Source of the DNA: Candidatus Woesebacteria bacterium
GTDB taxonomy: Bacteria > Patescibacteriota > Microgenomatia > UBA10105 > UBA927
NCBI GenBank assembly: GCA_044223895.1
Contig: JBGALL010000003.1
Location: forward strand, 1 to 55,154
Direction: 5' to 3'
Length of the DNA: 55,154 nucleotides
In this document: piece after piece, positions 18,547 through 27,745 of the stretch
How the letters are laid out: each line of letters begins with the position of its first letter
How positions within the stretch are numbered: position 1 is the stretch's first letter
The notes under the pieces: generated by a model
The model's input: only the letters and a program-made list of their open reading frames with translations
Database searches by the model: none
What the model was told of the DNA's origin: nothing
Program-made: the position numbers and the translations under genes

Positions 18547-19836
18547 ATGAAGACTCTGGGTTGGCCAATCATCGTTATCTTAACAATCATTCCGGTTATT
18601 TTATGGATGTTGATTATGCCACTGACTTTTAGGTTTGCAAGTGTGGCTGGTACCTCAACGAGTATTGGTCAACTATTGGGTATTATAGGGATGGTGTTAT
18701 TCAGCATCGCCATGATCTTATCCACCAGATTAAAGATTTTCGATACTCTCTTTGGCGGACTAAACCGAGCCTATATTGTCCATCATCAAATTGGTGGAAT
18801 TGCTTTTATTCTCTTGATGATTCATCCTCTCAGTCTGGCAGTAGCTTATCTATTTACATCGGTAAAAAGTGCTGCTTTATTTCTCTTACCAGGACAGGAT
18901 TGGATAAATAATTTTGGCATTGCTGGACTGTTAAGTTTGATGGGATTGTTAATATTGACCTACTATGTTGATCTACCATATGAATTATGGCGTTTTTCAC
19001 ATAAATTCTTAGGAATTGCCTTTCTGTTTGGGGCAATTCATGTTTTATTTGTCCCCAGTGATGTCACTATGCAACCTGTTCTAAAAATCTATATGTTTGC
19101 GCTTATAGCCTGCGGACTACTCGCTTTTACATATCGATCTATTCTTGGAAGATGGTTAGTTCCTCGACTACCATATACCGTATTTGATATTAAGCTTCGT
19201 GGAGATGGTGTTTATGAAATAATTCTTACCCCCCAAACAGACAAAGTTCTAACATTTAGCCCAGGACAATTTATGTTTATCCAATTTTCTCTCCCAGGTA
19301 TTTCCCAAGAAACTCACCCTTTTTCGATGAGCTCTGCTCCGACTTCAAAAGGTTTTTCAATTACAGCCAAGGCGTTAGGAGACTTTTCTTCCAAGATATC
19401 AACAATTCCACTTGGCACAACTGCGAAAATTGAAGGCCCATTCGGAAGATTTTCCCCATTCTATGTCCCTGCTCAATCATATGTTTGGATTGCAGGTGGA
19501 ATTGGGATAACGCCCTTTATGTCTATGGCACGTGCCTTACAAAATATAACCCCAATAGATTTATATTACATCGTTAAAACCGAGCCCGAAGCTGTATTTC
19601 TACAGGAATTACATTCGATAGCCACGAGATTACCAGGTTTGAGAGTTATACCTTGGTATACCAAACAATATGGTCATCTTACCGGTGAATTGATAAAAAA
19701 GTACACTCCGGATATAACTCAACGAGAGATCTTTTTGTGTGGTCCACCTGCTATGATGAAAGGAACGAAGACAGAATTACGTAAAGTAGGTATTAGTGGT
19801 TCAAGAATTCATTCTGAAGAGTTTGCAATGTTGTAA
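18547..19836 (+). CDS. NOX/FRE-type flavocytochrome: ferric-reductase transmembrane domain + FAD-binding + NAD(P)H-binding domains
   Basis: 429 aa. Six TM helices carry conserved His residues (HHQIGG, HKFLG, IHVLF). HPFSMSS is the FAD-binding motif, WIAGGIGITPF the NAD(P)H-binding motif, and CGPPAMM is the C-terminal motif. Confidence 0.8.
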   Translation: MKTLGWPIIVILTIIPVILWMLIMPLTFRFASVAGTSTSIGQLLGIIGMVLFSIAMILSTRLKIFDTLFGGLNRAYIVHHQIGGIAFILLMIHPLSLAVAYLFTSVKSAALFLLPGQDWINNFGIAGLLSLMGLLILTYYVDLPYELWRFSHKFLGIAFLFGAIHVLFVPSDVTMQPVLKIYMFALIACGLLAFTYRSILGRWLVPRLPYTVFDIKLRGDGVYEIILTPQTDKVLTFSPGQFMFIQFSLPGISQETHPFSMSSAPTSKGFSITAKALGDFSSKISTIPLGTTAKIEGPFGRFSPFYVPAQSYVWIAGGIGITPFMSMARALQNITPIDLYYIVKTEPEAVFLQELHSIATRLPGLRVIPWYTKQYGHLTGELIKKYTPDITQREIFLCGPPAMMKGTKTELRKVGISGSRIHSEEFAML

Positions 19837-19837
19837 T

Positions 19838-19924
19838 ATGCTAAAAAAGATAACTGCAATTATTTTTGTAGGATTTTGGATCCTGGTACTAGGAATTTAT
19901 ATACTAGGATTTCTTAGCAAATAG
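19838..19924 (+). CDS. possible 28-aa hydrophobic micro-protein
   Basis: Hand-translated MLKKITAIIFVGFWILVLGIYILGFLSK. It starts 1 nt after the reductase stop and ends 3 nt before the next ATG. Single TM helix. Confidence 0.3.
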   Translation: MLKKITAIIFVGFWILVLGIYILGFLSK

Positions 19925-19927
19925 ATC

Positions 19928-20764
19928 ATGAAAAAACAGCGCCCTTCTGCCAAAGACAAACAGCTTCGAACTGTAATTAAAACCTATTGGATCCATATTA
20001 TCTTTATTTTCTTCTTGGCAAACTTTGCAATTACCAGAACTCTGCAACTTAAATTTATGGCCCAAAGTTGTATGACCAAGGCGATGATTGAGAGTGATCA
20101 ACGATGTTTATATATCTACGCTAATAATGTCTATGAAAAAGGATCTAGAAATAATCCCCATCATGGTAACGCCTGTGGTTCAGATGTTACGAATATACTC
20201 CCTTCGTTCCATCTTGCAGATATGGTTAGATATATGGATCCAAATCTGATCGCACCCTATTGCGGGAATGTAGTTCCGACAAATACACCAGTACCATCTC
20301 CTACACCTAGCCCAATTCCCACTGCGACACCACAACCCACCTCGGTTCCTCCAACCAATACACCACAACCTACTCAGCAGACAACTGTACCTACAAATAC
20401 ACCCCAACCTACACAAAGAAGTCAAAATCCAACTGCAACCCAGAAAACATCCCCATCGAACACACCTCTTCCAACAGCAACGACAACACCAACGCCGACC
20501 ACACCAGTCACCATCATAGAAAATTCAGCAGGAAATGGATTTGGAAAATTCTTGGCTGTAGGATCTACTCAAACGACCGGTAATAATTCACAAAGCTCTG
20601 TTGATTTAGGCATCTTAAATCCGCCATCGAAACCAGAAGTTGCACGGTTTTGGACCTCAATTATTTTTTGGAGTGAATTGCTTACAGCTGGAAGCTTTCT
20701 TTTATTAGTAGTCTCTTTAGTAGTGAGTGGTGCAAAATATATCGCTAAACCACGACATGCTTAG
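19928..20764 (+). CDS. Pro/Thr-rich surface protein with N- and C-terminal hydrophobic segments
   Basis: 278 aa. N-terminal TM or signal segment, a Cys/His-containing globular segment, an 80-aa PT-rich linker and a C-terminal TM anchor. Confidence 0.55.
   Translation: MKKQRPSAKDKQLRTVIKTYWIHIIFIFFLANFAITRTLQLKFMAQSCMTKAMIESDQRCLYIYANNVYEKGSRNNPHHGNACGSDVTNILPSFHLADMVRYMDPNLIAPYCGNVVPTNTPVPSPTPSPIPTATPQPTSVPPTNTPQPTQQTTVPTNTPQPTQRSQNPTATQKTSPSNTPLPTATTTPTPTTPVTIIENSAGNGFGKFLAVGSTQTTGNNSQSSVDLGILNPPSKPEVARFWTSIIFWSELLTAGSFLLLVVSLVVSGAKYIAKPRHA
20273..20512 (+). repeat. low-complexity Pro/Thr-coding repeat (PTNTPQPTQ units)
   Basis: The coding tract gives VPTNTPVPSPTPSPIPTATPQPTSVPPTNTPQPTQQTTVPTNTPQPTQ... 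It is visibly C/A-rich compared with its surroundings. Confidence 0.7.
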
Positions 20765-21167
20765 GTTTGTAACCAACAATTGAAATTTGGTGACTAGAAC
20801 CCTGAGGAGCTTCATAAAGAATATCTTTTTCCATTGAAGAAAATTTTGGAAACCCCAAATATTGATTATGGTTAAATACGCTGTGGGGTGTATAACTAAA
20901 GATTATCCTTGTGTTTAAATGCAAAGCAAACTGTATTAATCTGGCATGGAAGTATTCGTATATTTTATTATTATTTGCTAATAACCCTGGTTCGTAGGGT
21001 ATTTCTACGACATCGTTAACTACAGAAATTGACCAACCGTTGTACCCCCTTGAAATCATTGCCTCTAATTGTTGTTTTCTTGCATATTCCGGCTTGTGAA
21101 GCAATTCATATTCAGGTGAAAACGACAAATCCACAGAAAAACTATGATGTAAAAAATGTAATTTCAA
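20745..21167 (-). CDS. hypothetical protein
   Basis: 140-aa ORF, soluble, no motif recognised. Convergent 20-nt overlap with the PT-rich gene. Confidence 0.4.
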   Translation of the reverse strand: MKLHFLHHSFSVDLSFSPEYELLHKPEYARKQQLEAMISRGYNGWSISVVNDVVEIPYEPGLLANNNKIYEYFHARLIQFALHLNTRIIFSYTPHSVFNHNQYLGFPKFSSMEKDILYEAPQGSSHQISIVGYKPKHVVV

Positions 21168-21341
21168 AATATTATGGTCAGGAGACCGATAAATACACTA
21201 TATTTACGGAAGAATTTTGCTTGTTCGGGAGAAACTACAGCTGTGAGCTGTAAATCAGGTAATGCTTCTTTTTCTAACATAGGATTTGAGCCGATAATAC
21301 ACTATTAGAGCTGCTACTTCCAGAAAATAGTATTATAGTGT

Positions 21342-22079
21342 ATGGTTGGTAATATGGAACCGCAAAAAACAAAAATTGTTGCAACTATTGGACCTGCAAC
21401 TTTGGATTACAACATATTTCAAGAATTAGTAGTTGCTGGCATTGATTATATTCGTATTAATACCGCCTACGGAGATACTGCCCAATATGATTTGATGTTA
21501 GAAAATATTAAAAAACTCCCTGATCATCGCCATATTCCAGTAATGTTTGACATCAAACATGAAGATATAATGGATTATTTTGTCCAAAAAAACTTAGATG
21601 TTGTAGCGCTTTCTTTTACCGAGCGAGCTGCTCAAATAGAACGAATCCGTCAACGTGCACCCAAAGCTTTTATTGTAGCCAAGATAGAATCAAAAGAAGG
21701 TGTTAAACATTTCGATGAAATTCTCGAGGCAGCTGATGGAATTATGGTTGCTCGTGGAGATTTAGGAAAAGCAGAGACTCTTGAGAAAGTGCCACCACTT
21801 CAGAAGACTTTTAGTAAAAAAACATTAGAAAAGCATAAATTCTTAGTAACTGCGACTGAGATGTTATTATCAATGACTAACAATCTTCAACCAACGAGTG
21901 CAGAAGTATCCGATGTGGCCAATGCGGTCTTTGACGGAACAACTGCAGTGATGCTATCAGAAGAAACTGCTATTGGTAAACACCCTGTTGAAACAGTCTA
22001 TTACATGCAAAGAATAATAGATGAAGCAGAACGTTGGAGAAATCAGCACCATTACAAAGAAGTTGAAGACGACAAATAA
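21342..22079 (+). CDS. minimal pyruvate kinase-like protein (A-domain barrel only; B and C domains absent)
   Basis: 245 aa. KTKIVATIGPAT, IRINTAYG, MFDIK, VAKIESKEG, IMVARGDLG, TATEML and VANAVFDGTTAVMLSEETAIGKHP align with canonical PK A-domain motifs. The protein ends about 20 aa after the A domain. An alternative start is ATG 21354. Confidence 0.75.
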   Translation: MVGNMEPQKTKIVATIGPATLDYNIFQELVVAGIDYIRINTAYGDTAQYDLMLENIKKLPDHRHIPVMFDIKHEDIMDYFVQKNLDVVALSFTERAAQIERIRQRAPKAFIVAKIESKEGVKHFDEILEAADGIMVARGDLGKAETLEKVPPLQKTFSKKTLEKHKFLVTATEMLLSMTNNLQPTSAEVSDVANAVFDGTTAVMLSEETAIGKHPVETVYYMQRIIDEAERWRNQHHYKEVEDDK

Positions 22080-22097
22080 ATCTTACTTAATTCCCCA

Positions 22098-23186
22098 CTA
22101 ATTACATAGTGATGAAACGTCTCCGTGATACACCAAATGAACTTTGGTTAATCCACACAAAGAAGCTTCACTCTTAACTGGAGAAATAAACCCTTTCGCA
22201 GATAAAATGTTCATCAGCAAACCCTTTCGGGGATGCTCCTGACTAACTGAAAAATCATCCAGTGGTACGTTTGCTTTCTTGGCTAATTCAACATAGGCTT
22301 CTTCTCGATTCGCCATTGTATCAATCATATGTTGTTCTTTGGCAGTTTTGGTGTCATATAACAATGCTCCTAAAGTAGTTACTATTGTTTCCTTGGGTAT
22401 CCCCCGACGAGACGCAACATACGATACAAAAGAATCATATTCGTTGTTGACCATTGCCTGCATACTATCGATTTCATCTTTCGTCAGTCGACGATATGGA
22501 TTACCGAAATCCTTCGATCTACCAGCAGTGATATAGGTGGTTTCAATTCCTTTTTGAGTTACCACCCCCCCAGCGAGTAGACCTCCGTTTTCTGCGATGA
22601 CAGTGTCATAGTACTGGAATGGTCCGGAGATTACGCCAATACTACCGACACTTGTCCCGGCATCAGCGATGACTTCATCGGTTGAGATAGCAGACCAATA
22701 GGCCCCTGATGCAGCCAGTCCAGAAACGAATGATATAACAGGTTTTTTGGTTTTTTGTTGGTAATCTGCAACACCATCGGCGATTGCTTTTGCACCATAG
22801 ATAGTGCCACCTGGTGAATTTATTTCTAACACTATTCCGTCCACATTTTCATCAAGTGCTAATTTTCTGAGTTTACTTTTTACTTCATATCCATAGGTTA
22901 CTTGTTCGCTGAGAAAGCCAACGGGTCCAGCAACATCTGATTCATCACCAACGATCATCCCGGTAATCGGGATTGAGACAAAGGTATGTGAAGCATGAGG
23001 TTCACCATAAACAACATCTCTGGTCACTTCATTATCTGGAGAATGATTAGTAACAATGTTGGCTATCATAATGATAACAGCGAAACCAACTATTACTGTC
23101 AAACATAGAATACTTACCGAAATGGCCGTACCAAGGGCAACTTTGCCGGAAAACCTGAATATTCTACTAAGATATGAGAGAATCAT
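22098..23186 (-). CDS. sppA: signal peptide peptidase SppA, 36K type (S49)
   Basis: 362 aa with an N-terminal TM helix. INSPGGTIYGA and SGLAASGAYW match the S49 nucleophile region. Confidence 0.85.
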   Translation of the reverse strand: MILSYLSRIFRFSGKVALGTAISVSILCLTVIVGFAVIIMIANIVTNHSPDNEVTRDVVYGEPHASHTFVSIPITGMIVGDESDVAGPVGFLSEQVTYGYEVKSKLRKLALDENVDGIVLEINSPGGTIYGAKAIADGVADYQQKTKKPVISFVSGLAASGAYWSAISTDEVIADAGTSVGSIGVISGPFQYYDTVIAENGGLLAGGVVTQKGIETTYITAGRSKDFGNPYRRLTKDEIDSMQAMVNNEYDSFVSYVASRRGIPKETIVTTLGALLYDTKTAKEQHMIDTMANREEAYVELAKKANVPLDDFSVSQEHPRKGLLMNILSAKGFISPVKSEASLCGLTKVHLVYHGDVSSLCN

Positions 23187-23208
23187 ACGATTGATTTTAC
23201 CACGTTAT

Positions 23209-23988
23209 ATGGAAAAGATATTACTTGTCGATAAACCACCAGGGATAACTCCACTCCAAACGATCGAATGTATTCGTGATCAATATCCAGATTACGCCAA
23301 TAAAAAACTATCCTATGCTGGACGACTGGATCCTATGGCGGAAGGTTTACTAATCCTTTTAATAGGTGATGAAAATAAAAAAAGAGAAGAATATCTACAG
23401 TACACAAAAGTATATTCCTTTAGCATTCTTTGCGATGTATCAAGCGATACCTATGACGTAATGGGAAGAATAACTCCTTCACCATCAACCAGTCATCTTC
23501 ATAGAGATACGTTAGATACATATCTTGGTGATATTAAGTCACTTTCTCATCTCCCATATCCTCCTTATTCATCCAAAACTGTCAATGGAAAACCGTTACA
23601 TTGGTACGCGTCCAATAATCTACTTTCCACAATCACAATGCCTGATAAACAAATTTCCATAAAAACCCTAGATTTACTGTCAGTGGATGAAGTACCGAAT
23701 GAAGTTATTTATTCATCAATACAAGATAGGATCCAACGGGTACAAGGAAACTTTCGCCAGATGGAAACCCTTTCAGATTGGAATAATTTTTTTACGAGTA
23801 AAATTACTCCCACAATGTGTCTGATTCATTGTAAGGCTGAAGTTAGTAGCGGGACGTATATTCGAAGTATCGTGAATGAATTGGGAAAACGAAGGAGTGT
23901 GCCTATGATAACCTATTCAATTAGGCGGACTCAGATTGGTTCTTATACCCTTGATCAGGCACTTACTGTACAATTTCACCCTCGATAA
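23209..23988 (+). CDS. truB: tRNA pseudouridine(55) synthase TruB
   Basis: MEKILLVDKPPGITP...YAGRLDPMAEGLLILLIGDENK contains the catalytic Asp motif. The track ORF start at 23056 overlaps sppA, so ATG 23209 is preferred. Confidence 0.85.
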   Translation: MEKILLVDKPPGITPLQTIECIRDQYPDYANKKLSYAGRLDPMAEGLLILLIGDENKKREEYLQYTKVYSFSILCDVSSDTYDVMGRITPSPSTSHLHRDTLDTYLGDIKSLSHLPYPPYSSKTVNGKPLHWYASNNLLSTITMPDKQISIKTLDLLSVDEVPNEVIYSSIQDRIQRVQGNFRQMETLSDWNNFFTSKITPTMCLIHCKAEVSSGTYIRSIVNELGKRRSVPMITYSIRRTQIGSYTLDQALTVQFHPR

Positions 23989-24331
23989 TTTGATCTGCTT
24001 TTTTCGATTGCAAAAAGACCTCTATAAGAGCCAGGTTTTTTTGATTTGATTTAAAAAATATATCGCCAATAAATCCCACCAGTGGGATGCTACCGATAAT
24101 ATAGTCCAATACAATATTCCCTATCATGTGCATCATAATCGTTGCTGGTATATTAAAAAGCTTACCAACATAGATGATATAGGCCGAAATTGCGGTAGAA
24201 ATCAGTGGAGTTATACCTGGTATAAGATCAAACAATGGATCTATTCCAAAGTGAATACCCAGGAAACTCCATTTGGAATCAAGAAGATTGGCGAGAGAAC
24301 GTGCTGTTTTTAGATGCTCGTAAGGATCCAT
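23963..24331 (-). CDS. DUF4112 family membrane protein
   Basis: 122 aa. GIDPLFDLIPGI...GSIPLVGFIGDIFFKSNQKN fits the DUF4112 pattern. Confidence 0.6.
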   Translation of the reverse strand: MDPYEHLKTARSLANLLDSKWSFLGIHFGIDPLFDLIPGITPLISTAISAYIIYVGKLFNIPATIMMHMIGNIVLDYIIGSIPLVGFIGDIFFKSNQKNLALIEVFLQSKKADQIIEGEIVQ

Positions 24332-24402
24332 AGATAAAATCTATCATAAACACCTTCGAGTGTCAGCCTCATCAGGAAGTGTATTCTCGTTTGAAGATTT
24401 TA

Positions 24403-27400
24403 TCATTCCTTAGGTTTCATCCATTGATAGTAAACCACAGGGATAAACAACAACATGATCGTAGAGGCAATCAGTAATCCAGAAATAATTGCACCTCCCA
24501 GTCCTCGCCACAATGGAGTTGATAAGGTGATTGGCAACAAACCTAAGACAGTACATAACTTTGTCAGAATAATTGGTTCCATACGACTTGCACCAGCGTC
24601 TGCCAAGGCTTCATCAAATGGCATTCCTTCTTTTTGATTTAGGTTCATTTTGTCGACAATAAACATAGAGTTGGTGACGACAATTCCGAAGAGTGACAGC
24701 ACACCAATCAAGGCTGGAAAGGATAATGGTGTACCAGTAATAGCAAAGACATAAAATACTGACGATACCGCCAAAGGAATAACGATTAAGACAATGACCG
24801 CCTGACGGAATGATCTAAACTGCAACACCATAGTTACTAAAATTAATAACGCGGCCACTCCCATGGCTTGGATAATAGATTGTACTGATTTAGCATTCTC
24901 TTCGTTTGCTCCACCAGTTTTCCAAGAATATCCTTCTGGCAAACGTAATTCGTCAGCTTGTTTCTCTAAATCTTTATTCAAATCAGCTGAGTTAAATCCA
25001 GGTCTTACCCCTGCTGACACCGATAAGGTTCGCTTACCATTGGTTCGATTTATTGAGGTTGGATTAGTTTTTAAATTCAGTGTACCTAAAGATAATAATG
25101 GTATGGAACCAGTTTGGGTTGGTACTGAAACCCGACCAAAGGAATCTGGGGTCGGTCGTTCTTTTCCAAAGGTGAATCGTACGGGAGTCTTTTCGGTTTT
25201 GGTTTTATCAAAATTTACCTCACCAAGTGAAAATCCACTCCCATAAATACGGGTCCACAATCCTAATGAATCAATAGACAGACCTGCTTGGGCTAATTTA
25301 TTTTTATCGGGTACAAAACTTATTGCACTCGTTCCTTCTTTTACAGATTTGCGTGCATTCGTTACTCCTGGTTTCGTACTTAGGTAATTCACCAAGGTAT
25401 CAGCGTAAGAATTCAAGGCACTGAGATCATTTCCAGAAAGTTCTATTTGTAAGTCTGAACCTGCTGGAGGACCACCTGATTCTTCGACTATTGATACCAT
25501 TTCGTTTCCATAGGTTTTTCTTAATTCTTCGGCTATTGTTAGGGATGAACTCTTTCGATCTTCTTTGGGAGGCAAATGAAGAGTAATTAATGCTTGATTA
25601 TTTTTTGAACCTCCACCACCACCAAAGCCAGTTGGAGCACTTCCGCCGACTTCACCCAGTGCAAAATCCACATCATGAGTTTCTTTTAATTGTGAAAGAA
25701 GCTTCATCATTGTCGCTTCTGTACGGTCTGATGTAGTGCCAGCTGGAAGTTCTAGTTGTACAAAAAGTCGTTCAGTATCTTCTTTAGGAAAGAACTCATT
25801 TTTCACCATTCCTGCAGGGACTAGCATGAATCCGATAACGGCATAAGCTACGATTGCGATAATAACTTTTCTGCGAGCTGATTTCGAAGCTAGAATTCGG
25901 GTAATCAATCGTTTGTACCACTCTGCAAATCCATCTATAGAAATGATTCCCTGATCTGAAGAACGTGTAATAAATCTAAAGAGTGGCTGAAGGAATGAGT
26001 TTTGTTGTGCACGTCGTTTACTGATAGACAATACAGTTCTCCAAACTTTATAGACAACAAATGCCCAAGCAAAATATAAAATTGCTATCAACGGAAATAA
26101 CGGGTTTTGCTTAAATAAAGCAAATAACAAACCAATAAGTATCACAATTCCTACAATTTTGAAGAAGGTAACCACTCTACGAGGGACATCTGGTTTCAAA
26201 ATAATGATCATGACTGGCAAGGTAATTAAGACGGCAATAGCTGTAGATGAAATCATGGTAATAGTAACCACGATAGGAATTGGCTTGATAAACTCACCGA
26301 TAATCCCAGTTGCCAATAATAATGGTACGAAAGACCAAATTGTAGTAATTGTTGTCGACCAAATCGGAACAATAGTATCTCTCCACACAACTAATCCCGT
26401 TTCATACGGAGTAAATCTGCCTGATCGATAATAGGTTGTCATTGCCGAAATAACTACGATGGTGTCATCAACTAATAAACCAAGTGCTAATAGGAACGCA
26501 AAAAGTGTTAAAAAGTTAATCGACATTCCTAAATATGGCATGATTGCAAAAGCTGAAAGGAAGGTCAGTGGTACCGTAAATGAAGAGATAACCGCTTGAC
26601 GTAATCCTAAGAAAATAAACAAACAGACGAACACCAAAATGATTGTTGTTCTGAATTCCCCGATTAAATCAGCAAATTGTTTGTTAATGTCATCGGCTGT
26701 ATTACTTATCGTTTCAATATGAAACTGATCTTTGTGGGGAGCTATTTCTGCATTTACAATCTTTCGCGATGCTTCTGCTCCATCAGTAATCGTTGTCGTT
26801 AAGGTTTTAAAAACGCTAAAACTTACAACTCGTTGTGGTTCTTCTCCATGACGAGCAATATAGGCAAATGTTTGTTGAGGCTTACTTCGTTCCGATACCA
26901 CGGCAACATCGCCTAAGCGTACAGTAGAGCCTTGAACGTTAATACGTACGTCGCGAATATCATTCACTGACTCAATCTGAGGGTTTATGGTCAAGGCATA
27001 GGTATTTCGAACCGTGTCGATAGTTCCCGCTGGATAGGAAGATATACCTGCACGAATTGCCTGTGAAACAACGAGTGGATTAAAGCCAAGATTAGCAACT
27101 TTTTCTTCACTTAATTCAACAACAATTTCTTGTTCTTCTAATCCCGCGACAGAAACATGATCAATTTTGGGGTCATCTTCTAAACGATCTTCTAATTGCT
27201 TGGCAAAGGTTTGGAGAGAGGCAATATCACTATTGCCAGAAAGAGCAAACTGCCAGACAGGTTGATTTTCAAAGTCTATTGCAGCAACTTGTGGATCTTG
27301 TGCATCAGATGGCAGGGTGTTTACACCATCGACAGCCGACTGAACATCGTCCTTGGCTTTGTCTCTATCTGTAGACGAGGTAAATTGAACTGAAATTACC

Positions 27401-27729
27401 GAGACGTTATCACTTGAGGATGAGCTAAGGGTATCTAAGCCTTTCAGAGATTGAAGGGCATTTTCTATGGGGATAGTAATTAAGGATTCAATATCCTCTG
27501 GACCAGCTCCCGGAAGAACTGTTACCACAGTTACGATGGGAATTTTTACTTCTGGGTTTAAGCGCTTCGGCAAATTGAGATAACTAATAATTCCCAAAAA
27601 AACGATCGAGAGGGTTATCAAAATCGTTATGCGAAAATTTTTAAGATATGAAGCTACCGGCCCCAATAATAGTTTTGGGTCAAACTTTAAACGAGTAAGA
27701 TATGATTGTTCAGAGTTGTCATTAGCCAT
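24403..27729 (-). CDS. RND family efflux transporter permease (AcrB/HAE-like)
   Basis: 1108 aa with 12-TM, two-large-loop architecture. The N-terminus is typical (ITILITLSIVFLGIISYLNLPKRLNPEV). Confidence 0.9.
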   Translation of the reverse strand: MANDNSEQSYLTRLKFDPKLLLGPVASYLKNFRITILITLSIVFLGIISYLNLPKRLNPEVKIPIVTVVTVLPGAGPEDIESLITIPIENALQSLKGLDTLSSSSSDNVSVISVQFTSSTDRDKAKDDVQSAVDGVNTLPSDAQDPQVAAIDFENQPVWQFALSGNSDIASLQTFAKQLEDRLEDDPKIDHVSVAGLEEQEIVVELSEEKVANLGFNPLVVSQAIRAGISSYPAGTIDTVRNTYALTINPQIESVNDIRDVRINVQGSTVRLGDVAVVSERSKPQQTFAYIARHGEEPQRVVSFSVFKTLTTTITDGAEASRKIVNAEIAPHKDQFHIETISNTADDINKQFADLIGEFRTTIILVFVCLFIFLGLRQAVISSFTVPLTFLSAFAIMPYLGMSINFLTLFAFLLALGLLVDDTIVVISAMTTYYRSGRFTPYETGLVVWRDTIVPIWSTTITTIWSFVPLLLATGIIGEFIKPIPIVVTITMISSTAIAVLITLPVMIIILKPDVPRRVVTFFKIVGIVILIGLLFALFKQNPLFPLIAILYFAWAFVVYKVWRTVLSISKRRAQQNSFLQPLFRFITRSSDQGIISIDGFAEWYKRLITRILASKSARRKVIIAIVAYAVIGFMLVPAGMVKNEFFPKEDTERLFVQLELPAGTTSDRTEATMMKLLSQLKETHDVDFALGEVGGSAPTGFGGGGGSKNNQALITLHLPPKEDRKSSSLTIAEELRKTYGNEMVSIVEESGGPPAGSDLQIELSGNDLSALNSYADTLVNYLSTKPGVTNARKSVKEGTSAISFVPDKNKLAQAGLSIDSLGLWTRIYGSGFSLGEVNFDKTKTEKTPVRFTFGKERPTPDSFGRVSVPTQTGSIPLLSLGTLNLKTNPTSINRTNGKRTLSVSAGVRPGFNSADLNKDLEKQADELRLPEGYSWKTGGANEENAKSVQSIIQAMGVAALLILVTMVLQFRSFRQAVIVLIVIPLAVSSVFYVFAITGTPLSFPALIGVLSLFGIVVTNSMFIVDKMNLNQKEGMPFDEALADAGASRMEPIILTKLCTVLGLLPITLSTPLWRGLGGAIISGLLIASTIMLLFIPVVYYQWMKPKE

Positions 27730-27745
27730 AGGTATATAAATGATC

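Noticed and set aside
21170-21192. GGTCAGGAGACC-like string as a possible SRP RNA or other structured RNA fragment
   Set aside because: There is only a short resemblance, with no flanking helices or conserved domain IV motifs.
21029-21253. 74-aa ORF spanning the 5' end of the 140-aa gene and the intergenic region
   Set aside because: It overlaps the opposite-strand ORF and the promoter region of the PK-like gene, and has no supporting features.
23056-23208. N-terminal 51-aa extension of truB overlapping sppA
   Set aside because: The extension is hydrophobic nonsense antisense to the sppA N-terminal TM region. The conserved TruB sequence starts at MEKILLVDKPPG (ATG 23209).
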